Positions 40,760 to 55,589 of a stretch of 64,000 nt of DNA are shown here, in pieces. Source of the DNA: Lingula anatina (taxonomy: Eukaryota; Animalia; Brachiopoda); assembly GCA_051362555.1 (NCBI GenBank), contig CM120648.1, positions 2,910,587-2,974,586 of the forward strand, given 5' to 3'. Each line of letters starts with the position of its first letter. The stretch's first letter is position 1. Position numbers and translations under genes: made by a program. A model generated the notes under the pieces. That model was not told the DNA's origin, did no database searches, and was given only the letters and a program-made list of their open reading frames with translations.

Positions 40760-41031
40760 CTAACCCTCACAAACTTTTCCAAGTCTAAAGAGTAACAGCT
40801 GCCGTTTCTCCTCAGCTTCCCCCTTTACAGCAATTACTCCAAGATGGCGTTCATTTCTTGAAAAAGACATCTTTTTCACAGAGAGTTCTGAAAGGGGTAG
40901 ACCAAAAATGGCTTCTCCAGAATTCCAGGCTTCATCGGTGGCGAATGTCTGCCACAGCCGCAGAGAATGGTCAGTTTGACACCAGGAGGCTATCCAATGA
41001 CCTTTGCTGGAGACAGCTAACTGACTGACCT

Positions 41032-41076
<45 letters not shown>

Positions 41077-42231
41077 TCATCCCCTAGATTACTGAAATTT
41101 TGTTTCAACTTCTTAATACAATTTAATTTATTATTTTAATGTTATCTGTATACAAGTTATATCTGTTAATGCCAGTCTAGACTTCAAGCATGTTGCTTTT
41201 CCCTCTCACGGAGCTATCCAAATCACTGGAAACTACAATTTTAATCTTGAATCTTCTTAAAAGATCTTTTTCTCATGTCACAGTGGTGGAAAAAAAGGCC
41301 TACCTCTCTAGCATGTCTTGTTGAAGGAGATGTTTTGCGATTGTTGATAGATCTACCTAGAGGGCCATCAAATGCGATGACATATCCATCATCTGACCCA
41401 CTGACTACCACACTGCCATCTAGTGAGGGCTCCAGTGCTGTGGTTCTACCTCCGCCTGTTGTCTGTTTTGGGTCATCTGTGACAGCAGTTCCTCTACAAT
41501 TATTTTTACACAGTTTAAATTTCTTTTCTATATTCATATTTTGTAGCGTATTTACCATGTCATTGATTGACATCCAAAATTTCTTTTTACATTTTTTTAC
41601 AATCATCTATAAAATGTATCCTTTATTTAAATTTATGCTAGTAGTTTGCACCTTTCAGACAATCACAAAGTACCAAACTTAAAGATATTTTATGTTTATG
41701 TTTAATCAATTCAGGATTACTTAAACACCTTTCAAACAGGATGCACTATAAAACATTTTTGTCTAAGACTTTAAATATCTTAGAGTTAAAAATCATTCAA
41801 AAATTAAAATTAATAAATTAAAGAAAATTTTAACCTGTAAAACATCCCGTTTTCTTTCTTTCCAGTGACGGTTTCAATGTCACACTTATCTTTCTCAATT
41901 TTTCTCCACACCACCACCTGACGCTGGATACCAATACCAAATCTCTCCCCATGTCCCTGCTCTGTCTTTGCTGAAATAACAAGTACGTAAATATCATAAT
42001 AGAAAAAAAGCCATTATATGGCAATTATTTGCCTTTGCTGCATTAACAACTACACAGTTCTCAGTTTATTACAGTGACAAACTATTCAACCAGAAAAATC
42101 ACCTGTACATGTTTTTAAGTCACTTTATAATTTAAAAATTGAAGACCTTTTAACGTGTTTAAGTATTGTGAAATAACATGTACTCTCAAACATGGACAAA
42201 CTAACAAACACATTCAAATACACACGTGTGT

Positions 42232-42278
<47 letters not shown>

Positions 42279-43253
42279 CACACACACACATATGCACTCA
42301 CAGTCACACACAATGCACACACACACATGTACACACACACACACGCGCGCACACATACAAACCTGGTAAAGCAGCAAAACAATTCCCTCTCATTGGCAGA
42401 GGCGTCAGGATCCTGTTGCACTCAATGACTTTGCCCGTAACTGTCCTTAAGTCCACTGCCCAAAACTTATAATTTGCGTCTTTTTGTTTATTATAGCTGC
42501 CTTCTTTCTTACGCAAGGCAAAAAGCTCATCTGGTGTGATGTGTATCTGTCAAAACAAAAATTCATATTAACACTGGATTTTCATCTTTATAATCAATTA
42601 ATTGATTAATTAAAAATAATTCAAACTATCATTCCAAATATATGTAAATGAATTGATATGAATCCTCAGCACAGTAATCATGATGGGAATAACAATATGA
42701 GTTTGAAGCAAAATTGCAACATATAGCTTCCTCTTTTTCGTGGTAACAAGAAATTATTAAAAATACTGTCACCTGGTTTCTGCTTTTGTGATGAGGACAG
42801 ACATTACTTGCTGATTATGTTTTCGTAAAACGTACATGTTGAGAAGGTTTTGACCTCCCTTTCCTATTCGAACTGTTGGAATGAACTACCCTTTTGGGAA
42901 AACAATTTGATCCAAAACTTTAAATTGAGTCCTATGACTTTTAACAAGTTGGGTAAAATGGTTCAGTTTTTCAATAAAAAAAAATCTTTTGAACTGCTGG
43001 CTGAAGGCCCAACCCATCTCTTACAACTGAACTATCTGAAAAGTCTTACCTGGAAGCCAATATAATTGTCTGTCAAGGTCAGTTTGGCCTGGTGGTACTG
43101 GACAGGTTGCTGCAGGGGAATGACAGTCAGCACAGAGGCTTGGTGGATGTCATATACCTGAATGATAATAAAGTGAATGCTGCTGTAAAGTGTGGTTAAA
43201 CATTTGAAGAGACAAACTTTTTACTGATGAATTCATATGTGTTGTGTAAATGA

Positions 43254-43325
<72 letters not shown>

Positions 43326-46300
43326 TTGGTAGCTGCTTTCTGACTTCAGAGTCCTTAGTTGAAGACAGTCTAAGTGCCACAGGTACTTGCTATATTGCCA
43401 ATTGCTGCTTGTTTCCTGTGTTTCAAGACTAGCAGTGTCTTCGGTCACTCTGTTAATACTCACCTCTATCAAAGTGGCTCCCTGTTCCCTGTGACCCAAT
43501 ACAAACACTGCCTTGCTGCTGTCTCTGGTCAGAATGCACTCCATCAGAGGTGCACTGGAGTGGGTCAGAAGATCCACAGGGAACTGGTGAGATAGCTGGC
43601 CACTCTCTGCTGAAAAAATGAAAATCTCTAAAAATATTTCTGAATCACAGTTAAATCAAGGTAGCCCTTGCATATCCCCTACATATAAGAGCAGTGTATT
43701 TTCATTAATTGAGGATGTCTACAGAAATAACATTACAGGTTCTGGAGTGTATTTTATTTCTTATTTCTCAAAAGAAAGAGTGTAGAAAATTCTGCCTTAA
43801 AACAAATATGTCAGAAATCACAGATTCCAAATGTGTACAGTACATTCCATGTTCAATAAAAGAACTTACCACAGTTGCACTAAGTGCTCTATACTAGCTG
43901 GTCTAAGAATCTGCAACTAATTTAGTAAATTGATAAAAGTCAAGGTGTTTTTATTCTGCAAAAATTGGAAAAAAAACTGACAATCCGCAGATTCTTACCA
44001 ATATTTCCTGTGTCCTGTAATGTGTATTTTGCTGAGACTGAACTTCCCTCAACACACACCAGCAAACACCTGCTGTCTGGGGACTCTGGGGACTCAGAGA
44101 ATAGTACCTGAATAAATAACACCTTATAATTTGAATGCCTGGATAAAGTTTAATCAAAAGTGAAAATTAAAAAAACACTTATTTCAGAACCTTAAAAAAA
44201 TACAAAAAAAAAACAAAAATAAATAAATATAAAAAAATAAGAATAAATAAATAAACAAATTAATTAATTATAAAAATTGCAAGCAAGGAATGACTAACAA
44301 TTGTTCTCCAAAATAAAATAATTTTAAATAAATAAAATCATTAAATCAATTACGTCACAGTAAACGTGATATGTTAAACATCAATGGATAGTCTACCTGT
44401 ACTCTGTTATTAGCTCCCTCCTCCATCATTAATTCTTCACCAGGGTTCAAAGTCTCATCAACGCTCATATCAACGAGACTGATGAGGACAACTTCAAGCT
44501 GAGCTCTCCCTTCCTTCCTCTCCTCCTCCTCTACACAGGACTCAGACTGGCTCTTCTTGTAGATCAGCGCCATCTTGTCACCAGTTGAGCTGAAGTCAAT
44601 GTCAAGCACTCCTGTGGTAGGGAAAGGAGCACTCTGGTCCCCAGATATCTGAGGTAGTGTAGTAGAGCTACTGTTTTCCTCTCCAGAAGAGTACATCAAA
44701 CATGGGATGAGGGGCTCCAGGACGGGACTGAGACAGTGGGACAGGTACTCTCTGGACTGCTGCTGAAGGGATAGTATTCTGGGATGGTCTGGAATATGAC
44801 AGAAAGCCATATTTAATACTGATATTTGATATATATAAAATATTATATATTGGTGTTAATGTAGATTTCATTTGAATACATCCATTACCTGACCTGATTT
44901 GGACAATTATTATTTCCATTGTAATGCAAGTAGCTATATGAAGTTAACTATCATCATAGAGTTATGATTAGTCATAAAAAACATTAACACCCTAAATATA
45001 TCCCACTATAATTGTTATACAATTAATAAAGGCATATACTTATAGACAAAAAATATATATATGCCAATGTCTTAAACCAATTAGCATACCTGGAGATGCA
45101 GGCAGACAACCTAGTATATATACAGGTAATTTCAACGAGGATCTGCCACCAACGTTATCACAGCTGTCCATGTGAAGTAGACATTTATGTAACTGCAGTA
45201 TCTCTTCATCTTCACTGTCCATGTCCAACCCGTCTCTTATGTCCTCCAGCACGTCTTGGAGAGAGAAAGCGGCCATCTTGGATACAAGGAAGTCAATGTT
45301 GAAGAGGACTTCTGACTTGAGTTTGTCAATGTTTCTGTAACATTGAAATAAGGTGGCAATTCTTGATTTGGGTAGAAATTGATCAATTTATATATAGCAT
45401 CATCTGCAGTACTTATGACCATTGCCCCTTCACAGAAGACAGCTTCATAAATTAAACTTATTTTACTTTCAAAAACATCCTGTACAATTGATGTCACATG
45501 GTCAATGTTATCATCAATATATCTGACAAAAGTAAGAATTTTCGCTCTAGTTTTATAACAATGTCAATGAAAATAAAATGTGTAATTCTGATAAGACATG
45601 AATGTTAGATAAATAAAACTGAAACTATTTCAATAATTTGTTTCATACCATAAATTTTTTCAATACTAATATAACCATAATTTTAATAATCTTACTTGGA
45701 CTTAACCAAATGATATGGCAGGCACATCAGTTTACGCCTGTTATTTGGTGTTGTCTGCTGCAATGTAATCTGTCTGTCTGCATCTTGGATGACCTTGTTA
45801 TTTCTCTGCTCGAGGGTGATGGTGCGACATATACTGTCCTCAGCGGAGAACATGGTTACCAAAGTGCTGTGTAGTTGGGCTGCATTTTCCCCCTTGGTGT
45901 ACCTGTGAATTAATTTACAAATATTTAGACATATTATTAAAGTACAATTTTTAATATTCTATTCCCTTTCAACAAGCACTTAATTTATATATGTTGCCAC
46001 TTATACCCAGTTTGTTTAAGTCACAAAAGACAAAATCATATTCCACTGGCAAAATATTATTAATGATGACAATTTTCAATTATTAACAGAAACCTTATTA
46101 AATTCAATAATTTCTGAAATCTAAAACCCAACACAGTCAACTTTAAATGTGATTGTTGGCCAGGAAAAACTGCAAAAGACAGACAAAAATATGAAAACAT
46201 CGTAGGTTTTGTAGCTATGAAAAGTGATTCAGGTAATCAAAAAGTATACCTTTCTGTTGCTGCCTCTATAAACTGTCGATGATACCAATTCAGGGTAATC

Positions 46301-48585
46301 TTACCATGACCTTGGCGTTGTACCAAATATTCCTTGATATCATGGTACACACGTGCCCAGAGCAATGGCGGAATACGTATGATTCCTTCCACAGGAGGAT
46401 CATGGTAGACATACACCTTACTCAGAACGTCGTCCGTACATGAGAGAGCGTCCTCGATTTCTATCTCTGTCAAACCATTCAGTCCAACTGTAATGTACCC
46501 CAATGCTTTCTGGATAAGAAGCTCCCCATACTTATTCTCCAATCCAATAAAAAGTTGTAAAATGGCGCCTCGCACTGTTGTGGCCAGACTTTCCCTGTCA
46601 ACCTCTGTGTATGACCGCCATGTTTTGGCCTGGTCTAGGAGCAATTTCAGAAACAAAGGGCTCGGACTCTTCTCGAAAACTTCTAAAAACATCGTCTGTT
46701 GTTCATCTGTGAGTGCCCTCTTTTGTTTCTTGAAATAGGCCTTCATGATGTCTTGCGCTGTCACGACAGGAAGGGCTCTCAGCTCAAAATATCCTGCAGC
46801 CGCCGGCAAATCTGTCTCATTCCCATTCTCGCAATCAATCTGCAACTCCTTAACCAAATTTTTACGACATTCATTCTCATCTGTGGTCAAGGTGGAGATG
46901 ACCATGCAAATATTACTGGGCAGTTCTTTGGGCACCCATTTCATGCTGTGTCCACCACTGGCTGGAGATAGCTGGTCAACAGAGTCCAGGAGTATTATTA
47001 TAGGGACAGGAGAGGACCTGGCCACTGTTCTGAGAACCCACTGCAAGTTCTGTGTGACCTGGAACAAAGAGGAAACCTTTAATAACTTCAGCATGTTGAA
47101 TAAATATATATTTGTATGAAAATGACATTTTTTTAAACCTGTTTTTTCTTTAGAAATACAACTTGGCCATGGCTAAGAAGCTGGGCCACAGTGAATACAT
47201 CCCATATGGCACCTGCATCATATTAAATCTCTATCCAAGTCGCTGCCCAGCAGACAAATGGCATTGATTCACCATTGAATCAACGTTAATTTTGGTGGAT
47301 CAACGTTGAATCAACGTAGAATCAATGTTGTTTGCCTGCTGGGTGGGTCATACCTTGACCTTGAGTGTCTAACCTAGGTCATAAGTGTCACATGTTGACT
47401 TACATGTATCTATCTATCTAGGTCTCTATAATCATGTGATGACCTATGTATCTATCCATCTAGGTCAGTAAGTTCAAATGTTGACCTATATGTGGGTCAC
47501 TGGGTCCCACTCACCTTACCTTATTTCTCCTGAGCATGCCTGGAGGCATGATGACCTTGCAGGCCTTGGCCAGCTGCCAACAGATTCCCAGCAGCACACT
47601 CAGTATGTTAGTACTATCAGGAGATGTCCCCAGGAACCTCAACACCCGGATACAGCCGCCATCAAACCAATTTGGCAACTGCTCCATCACCTTGGCAACC
47701 ACAGAGGTTTTCCCAACACCAGATGGGGCATGAAGCACAACTGGTCTCCGGTGCTTCTTGTCCAGGAGCGCCATCTTGATTTGTGAAAGGATCTCATCTT
47801 GTCCACAAAACAGTTCACATTTTGTTTGTGCAAAGTGAAGATGATGGAGAACCTGTGATAAAGAAGATAATTACAAATGTAATTTTGAAAGCATTCCAAA
47901 AACATCAAGATGCTAGATTTCAAAATAAATAACATTTTTTTTAAATAAATAAATAAAACCGTTTTTCAAAAGCATGACAGACACCAGGTCTCACAAATGC
48001 TACAAACACACATCAGGTCTCATAATTGTTTCTGTTCATACATTTCAAGGGTCTCCTTAATATTTTGATAGGAAATCATCAAGTGAATAAAAATTTCTTT
48101 CAAAATGCATTAAACAGACAGTGTAAGATGGAAATGTATGTACTACGTGTGCAATTTAGTGTAATAATTAGCAATCAGCCATAATGAATTCTCTTCAATT
48201 GGAAAGATGGCATCCAGAACACATTAATTTACCTCTCTGTAAACCTCAGCTCTCTGCTTTCTACTGGATCCTTCCTTAAGACTTCTGAACAATTTGTGAT
48301 CGGAATCATCGTATGCTTTCTGTACAAGAGACATCATGTCTGACACAAAGTTATCACAGAAACTTTCCAAATACTGTTTGTCTTTAATAGGATTAATTCC
48401 TCCTGCAAGTAAAGAAGTAGGGTAAAGTATGAATTAAGACTGTATATTTTGCCCAACACAGACCAACCATAACAAGAAATCAAAGAGGATCATTATGAAA
48501 TATATATAAACTATGATAAAATCATAATGGACCTAAATGTGTTTACTATGTACAATAATATGCTAATTAGCAAATTGATTCTAAA

Positions 48586-48669
<84 letters not shown>

Positions 48670-49539
48670 CTTACCTGATTCCCATTGCACTTGAAACTTC
48701 TTAATACTGCTAAGATAAGTAGACACCTTGTCATGCAGCATGGCTCTGTATTTTGCAGCACAAGCATCTATCACCTATATATAACAAGTTAAAGTATTAT
48801 AAAACAAGCACCCTGTTTCTGTTGGTACAAAGAAAAATACATATATGTATAACAAAAGAAAAAAAAAAATGACGGAATATATAAAATGCACACCCCAGTC
48901 CATGCAGTTTCGCATCAGCTAAAAATATCCATCCATGCATGTGAAGTGAGTTACACATGTATGAACACATACATTTGTGCATTTTCAGGACTCATGACAT
49001 CATAGTTTTTGGCTGATTCATCTTAATCAAAGACTTCTGTTGTGCTGTACATAGAAACTGGCCACAGAGCTAGCACTATATCCATAAACTGATTCAGAAG
49101 TATATCCCAAAAGATCCATGGGTTCATTTTAAACAATAAAAAATCAATCAAATAGGGCAGAAGCAATTTGCAAAGAAATGTCCTTGACCTGACCTTTGTG
49201 TCATCTTCCTCCTCAACTAAATCCAGGTGGCGCTGTGTCATGTCACCGTCTAGATCATCTTGGATTCCAACCAATTCACGTATATAACACAGGCAATGGG
49301 TGTCAATATCCTTGGCTTGGAATATGCCAGTGGTGATTTCTTCTTCAGTTACTGAAAAAAGAAGTCACTATTTAAAGTTACACTACATAAAACTGGCATG
49401 TTTTAATTGCATTGTTCCCTAAAAATATGAATTACCTACTGCTCAAATTCTACTCTGTGATCTATGTTCTAATCTTTGGGTGATTTTAAAGACTTGTTGT
49501 GTAGATTGAAGACATGAGTTTGTAAGTGCATCTACGTAT

Positions 49540-49609
<70 letters not shown>

Positions 49610-51107
49610 TTTCTCTGTGCTCTCAATCTTTCTCTCTCTCTCTGAGTGGTCTCTCTCTCTCTCCTGGCTAACCAACTCTATACTTATATCCTATAATACC
49701 TGACATAAAATACTGGTGTTCTCTCTCCCTGCTGATTCTCCCTCTATCTGCTAGTACTGTTGCAGTTTCTCTCAGTATCAGCTGAAGTTTTCTAAATATT
49801 CTCCACCACTCTGCCTTGTCTTGACTAGACTGTGCTGCCATCTCTGGGCGAGGGTCACCAAAATATGGCAGGTTTGTTCTGATTGGCTAATATGGAGTAG
49901 AAATATTTTGTAGTAAGAAACAATGTTTCACATACAGGGGCTTCCCACAGATTTGGTGTACATGGAGTCCAAAATGTGACAGCTCTCTGAAGAAAGCCTT
50001 GTTCACATATTGAATTTCACTTTACAATTAATAACTGCACATTTTTTTCTTATTATCATATTAGTGAAAAGAAAAATGAAGAATAATCAGCCTACTTGTA
50101 ATGTGTACATAGGTGGGACATTGTTGTCATCTCTCCTGTACCACTGCTGTAGCAATTCTTCATCTTCTGAGAAAGGAAGGAAGTTTTTAATTGCTTCAAA
50201 CTCCTCAACGTCTAGCTCCAGTGGAAATGGTCGGTAACCATAGCGATCTCCAAGGAAACTCTAGGAATAATGATCATACAAAACAGTCAATTCTTGAAGT
50301 ATGTCATACGTAAATCTCATACAAGCAATTTATAACTTATAAAAATATAAACATGACTTTTTAACTAGATCTTCTCTTTTAAAATATGTGTCCTAAGTAT
50401 AAACTACCACAGAAGGAAAAATTATCAGTTATTATGACTTGAGTAAAGAAAAAGTTGATTGATAAAAGCAGACAAGAGGGATTCCACATCATCTTACATA
50501 CCACAAACATGTGCACCAATGCCTCTACAATCTAACTCTGGGCATGCAATGTCCACCATTGATTTTTTAAAAAAATACGGATATATATTACCATTTCCAT
50601 TAAATGGAGTCAAATAATTTTCATAAACATATCCTACCACAAAGTTAGGCCCAAACGACAACATCTGGCAATTTCTGATCTCGCTGATACACAGCTTCTC
50701 TGTGGAGTGGTCATTCGTGGCATCATCGGTCACTCCCCATCTCATATCCACTATCTGAAAGTCCAGCCCAAGGTCTCTGCAGGCAGCCTTCAGCCTGGGA
50801 TAGCCTGTCTTGGCCAGTTCATCTCTCTCTGCTCTCATATCTGGAGGCAAGAAAATTTTACCACATGGCATTATTTGTAGGGTGCATGCTAAAATTAAAC
50901 GTTATTTCTTTTGCAAACAATGAATAGACAAAAATAAACAGAAAAAAAAATGCTCAATATCAGTTCAACTTATCTCTAATCTGCCATGGGGACTTGATTT
51001 AAACACTGTCTACTGAGTCTATTAAAATTACAATTTTTAGAGTGAAAATTTATTTAAAACCATACTGAACTGTACATTCATTACTTCTGTGCAGATGCCA
51101 GCAAGAA

Positions 51108-51149
<42 letters not shown>

Positions 51150-52683
51150 AACATAATCATCCAGCAAGCTTCTGGTAGAGACCATTGTAAGCATATATCA
51201 CATATTTTACCTAGTATTTACCTGTAGAAATCCCTTTAAAACTTACCTGAGAAAGTGGAGCTGAGAAAGACTCTGACAACTGTGGAAGGAAGAGGAGGGA
51301 GATCTTCCAGTGTTCCACGCAACACTTTCTCTTTAACACTCAGCTTATTTATGGCAGGTAGCACTGAATTTAAAAAAGTAAAATATCAGTTATCAAGAAT
51401 GTAAAATATAATTATATAACATAAAAATTACATTGTGGATGATTATCTTCGAAAGAAACTGATTAGAAATTATGCACTTAAGGAAAACATATACTACATA
51501 TTGGAAAAATATTGAGAGCATGTGTGATACTGAAACACGAAAAAATAAATTAATGAATTAAAGAAAGCACACCCAGACAAGTGATTTTCGGATCATCGGA
51601 TCAAAGCATGTTCAATTTGAGACATACCTGCATGTTTGGATGGTAACCCATTAGTAGATCTAAAATTAAAATTTTATACATAATTATCATTTTACAAATA
51701 CTAATTAAATGCACAAAACAGTATAGTTCTGAGAAAAGGGTTAGAGGGGGTCATCTTTATATATTGCTGCCTTTTTACTTCCCTGCAAAATGTAGCTGTC
51801 CGCGGTTTTGAATCAGTGCTTGAAAAAAAGAGTTGGTGAATGTGTTTTATCTTTCAAAAGTTTTTTTTTTTTTTTAATTCAGAACTATGTTATCAGTCCA
51901 AAAGTAAAAGAATTAAGAAAGAAAGAAAGATAAACAGACTGAGAATTATTTTGTTTGCAATGCCAAATGTGACTTTAGCCACATAATTCTTTCTGTGCTG
52001 CACCTACTATAATACTTTATACTGGAGTTTGATTCTAAAGTACTTCCTTGCAGACAATATGCATGTGCATGGTGCAGTATGATTATACTGTTACCTTTGT
52101 AGCTGTACATTCTTTCTCTGCTGTATGGGTTTGACATGCTGATCATTTTTCTTAGATTTGTCAGTGGATCCCATCGGGCCTAATGAGAAAATTGTAATGC
52201 CTTATTAGGCCCTGTATGTAATATGAATGTTTAAGATTTATAAAATATAATAAACTTAAAATCAATAATAATTTTTCTTAAAGATTGCCTTAACTAGTAG
52301 ATTGATTGCTATGGTGAAGGGTACCCATGCAGTGGTTCATTTAAGAATAATGAAAAATATTTTAATTGAAGGGCATAGGATTGTTCCTGTACCTTTTCCC
52401 AACCCAGACACCTGCAAAAAAGACCCCGGACCCCCAAGCTTTCTGGCAGCGACTTCTGGTAGCTGACCCTGTGAAAAAAATAATAAAATTAATTGCATTT
52501 TAGAACTGCAGTGTAACAAGGTGAAATAAAAATTATATTACCATATGCATATTACATGCACCAGTATTATAATGGTACTTATATCAGTACTGCATAGAGT
52601 GGAAGGGATAATCATGTTCATCAATTTTATTAATTTTTAATTAATTTTTCCCTTACCTTATTAGGATCATTCCCTTTCTTCAT
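40760..52683 (-). CDS. NACHT and WD-repeat domain protein (NWD1/NWD2-like, N-terminal DUF4062-like domain), about 1443 aa, 21 exons
   Basis: Exons 52683-52657, 52468-52393, 51363-51247, 50840-50638, 50260-50096, 49886-49700, 49351-49194, 48774-48675, 48402-48233, 47852-47520, 47058-46250, 45902-45696, 45334-45090, 44788-44397, 44107-43999, 43609-43464, 43157-43050, 42546-42363, 41970-41835, 41493-41304, 41029-40760; GT-AG and phase-compatible, total 4332 nt. Motifs: VRVFLSSTFSDMRAERD, VDMRWGV, LGDRYGYRP, Walker A APSGVGKTS, Walker B IILLDSVDQL, WYHRQF, WD-like VVSGSDDG and DHSLRLW. Confidence 0.88.
43255..43325. repeat. (GT)n(GA)n compound microsatellite; similar tracts at ~42236-42350, ~48589-48669 and ~49546-49606
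   Basis: Direct reading; all lie in introns of the NACHT gene. Confidence 0.95.
47246..47343. mobile_element. Miniature inverted-repeat element with CCCAG termini (EnSpm/CACTA-like)
   Basis: cccagcagacaaa...tttgcctgctggg, internal gaatcaacgtt repeats, 2-bp direct repeat tg/tg. Confidence 0.65.
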
Positions 52684-53236
52684 AGTGGATGTTAAGTTAA
52701 ATCAATTACTTGAGGTATTGGGGGTCATTGCAAATGTGCACAGTACAAGTGACGCCCGTGTAACAAAAAAAAATTGATTTCTCCAACACTAGTACAGTGT
52801 GTGAAGCTGCAGCTTGCCTGGGAACTCTTGAATCGCAGCCTTACTTAGGTACATGATAAAATACGGCAAGTAGACTGCATCGCATTTTTCTGGTCATCTA
52901 AACTGAACTTTACCAACATCTAAGCATGCTCTGTACATCCAATGAGTTAAATGCAAAATTACTTTCTTTTTACATAGATGGCAGAAGCCCAGTCTTTAAT
53001 CCCAGCATGTTGAGTTTGTTGATTACCTTTCACAACGAGGCCGGCAGGGATACGACCTTCACCTCAAGAGGTGAACATTAGTTTTTCCGGTTCATAACTA
53101 TATTTTTTAATTTCTTAGGCTCTTAAACTAAGATTTACAAGTTTTAAAGGAAGCAGACATGTGATTGATGCTTTTTGCCTCAATTTATATTTGAAAACAA
53201 AGGAAAATAAACAGATAATTAATTAAATATATATCA

Positions 53237-53250
53237 CCGCCAGGTGGCAG
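53237..53250 (+). promoter_or_regulatory. Candidate CTCF site next to ETS-like motifs between divergent genes
   Basis: ccgccaggtggcag matches CCGCNNGGNGGCAG; acttccg, ccggatg and cttccgc lie within 60 bp downstream. Confidence 0.4.
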
Positions 53251-54668
53251 TTAAACTTCCGTTTTGAAGCCGGATGAAGATTTCTGAGAAGCCATACTCA
53301 GCTTCCGCAACGCCCAAATGCGTAGGTTTCCAAAGACTCCACCAAAATAGAGCAGGCGACAGTTATGTGAAGGTTTGTTGTTTTTGTTTCACTCTCGAGA
53401 ACTATTGTTTTATTGTTTTGGTCCTAAACGTGCAGGGAATTCACCCAGTACGTCTTCACGACTCAACTCTCCAAGGTGGTGGAGAGTCCATTTTCTGTAT
53501 CAAGTTGTTTACGAGTTGAATTGCAAAGCACAGCGCTGTAGTGATTAGGACATCTCATTACCGAATGTAAGAAAGGCACATTTGGTTGTCTTTTCTTGGT
53601 TTTTGATACTATATAATTAATTCGGTGCCATTAAAGAGAAAAGAATTTTAGAATTCTATTAGTATTAAATATGTATATCATATTGGGTTTTATTTTTATT
53701 ATTACTTGTATTAGGAGGTGTGAGAGAGTGGACATGTATTGTTAATTGTATCACAGTCATAGAGCTGTAGGTGGCTTTGATTTGACTTGAAATCCTGCAG
53801 GCTGTAATTGACAAATTCTTCATTTATTGCTGCCAAGTGGTATGTCAATATGAATTGTGTGAAAAGGACCAACATATGTGTAGAACTTAATTCTTAGATT
53901 GGCTGGCCTGCAGGGGGTATAAGACACCGAGATGTGTAGTTTATGCACTGTAGTGGTGAAGTGGGAGAATTTGAGAGCTCTTTTAACTGATATTAAATAA
54001 TGGTCCGCACAGAAAACAGTTATTCCTTGTAAAGTAACAGCCAAAGAATATATATGGAAAATAGAGCATTGTTGTTTAAATCAGATAAAGCTCTTCTCAT
54101 GTGGAATTTAATACCAAATTAATTGGCAAGACAATGTCCTGTGACTCAAATAATGTACTATTTTCTCTTTTTATAAATGTCATGTTATTTTCATATTTAA
54201 TCAGATATATGATAGATTTTTTTTTTGTGTAATGGGTCATCTCTATGATAATTTCACAAGTTGTTGTTCTGGTAGGCTGTGCCATGAGATTTTTAGGGAA
54301 ATTATGACTTCACTTTCATCCAGAGTTGCATAATGACTCATTGTTCCGTGCTATCAGGTCAAGTGGCTTCTCATGCACTTAATACAAACATCAATTTACC
54401 TCTAAGACTCGTGTTTCAAATTGTGATGACATATTACTTGTTATTAACTGCTTACTTTTACAATTTCAAAGGTGAAAATGACTCGGGTATGCTTGTCTCT
54501 GAAATGTTTGTCTGTTTTGGAAGTAGGCCAGAGCTAATTGCACAATCATGATTGTTTTGGGAAGATGGGATCATTGTTTTGGAATTGAATAGAAGGTCAT
54601 CTTATCAGCTAGCAGGCTAGCACCTACTTACGTTCATTATTATATTTCTTATTCATCTGATTGCAGTT

Positions 54669-54716
<48 letters not shown>

Positions 54717-55251
54717 TTGTTGAGTATTGGAAAGTTCTGATACAGTGAATAGATCTGCCGTGGTAATACACTCTCTGGTGAATAGAAATAACGTTTTGAA
54801 CAAACTACATCAATTGTTGTATAAAATATCTTTGTCATATATATTATATATATATAGTACATACATGTATGACTCATCCTGGTTGCCTTGAAGTAGTGTC
54901 TATTGTCAGGTGTTTGTTATTGATTTGCTTACATCCTGGTTCTGTGTCACTGAAAACTGTGTTAAGGTGTGCCTAGGACCTTTAATGAATATGGCATTGG
55001 CTCAGTAATTTCGAACACCTCACATTTTCAAAATTAAAAAAAATTGTGTGTTATGGCTGTCACTGTGAACTTACCCCTCTCTTTTATTCGAAGTCATGCC
55101 AACAGAACGTAAATGGGGAAGCATGATTAATTAGTTTTGTTTGGATTCAGTGAGTCAATACCATACCACCGTTCCATATTTATAGAACATGTCTCTGAAT
55201 ATAGGGCATAGGTGTGCTGTTGACTGTGTGACTGCTTTGTAAGTATATTAA

Positions 55252-55589
55252 AGGGATAATAACTCTTCGTTTTGGCCAAAAAATGAATTTTCCTGGAGTA
55301 AACAACAATTTTCCCATACTTACCAATGGTTAATGAATCCATTTTTACATTCAAAGTTAGTCCCTGGTTTTTTTCTAAAAAAGTTTGTTTTTTTGTTATA
55401 ATCTCTTGAGAGATTATAACAGAGTATATCCATCAGTGGAGGTCATGTGGTCTAAAGACAAACTCAGATATCAAAATAATAGCTATAACTGCCGTTTTTG
55501 TGGTAAAACAGAATATATTATATTTCTGTGAGTTGTTCGCAATGTTTTTATTGTGAAATATAGATCCCATATGAAGAGTTATTATCCCT
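55252..55589. mobile_element. Kolobok-like MITE
   Basis: TIR agggataataactcttc / gaagagttattatccct, flanked by TTAA on both sides (TTAA target with purine-purine termini is typical of Kolobok). Confidence 0.75.

Noticed and set aside
42125-43432. His-Thr and Val-Cys repeat ORFs
   Set aside because: Translations of intronic (CA)n/(GT)n microsatellites
45335-45522. ORF 45237..45497 as an extension of a NACHT-gene exon
   Set aside because: Frame conflicts with the downstream conserved sequence; the acceptor before 45334 gives the phase-correct exon
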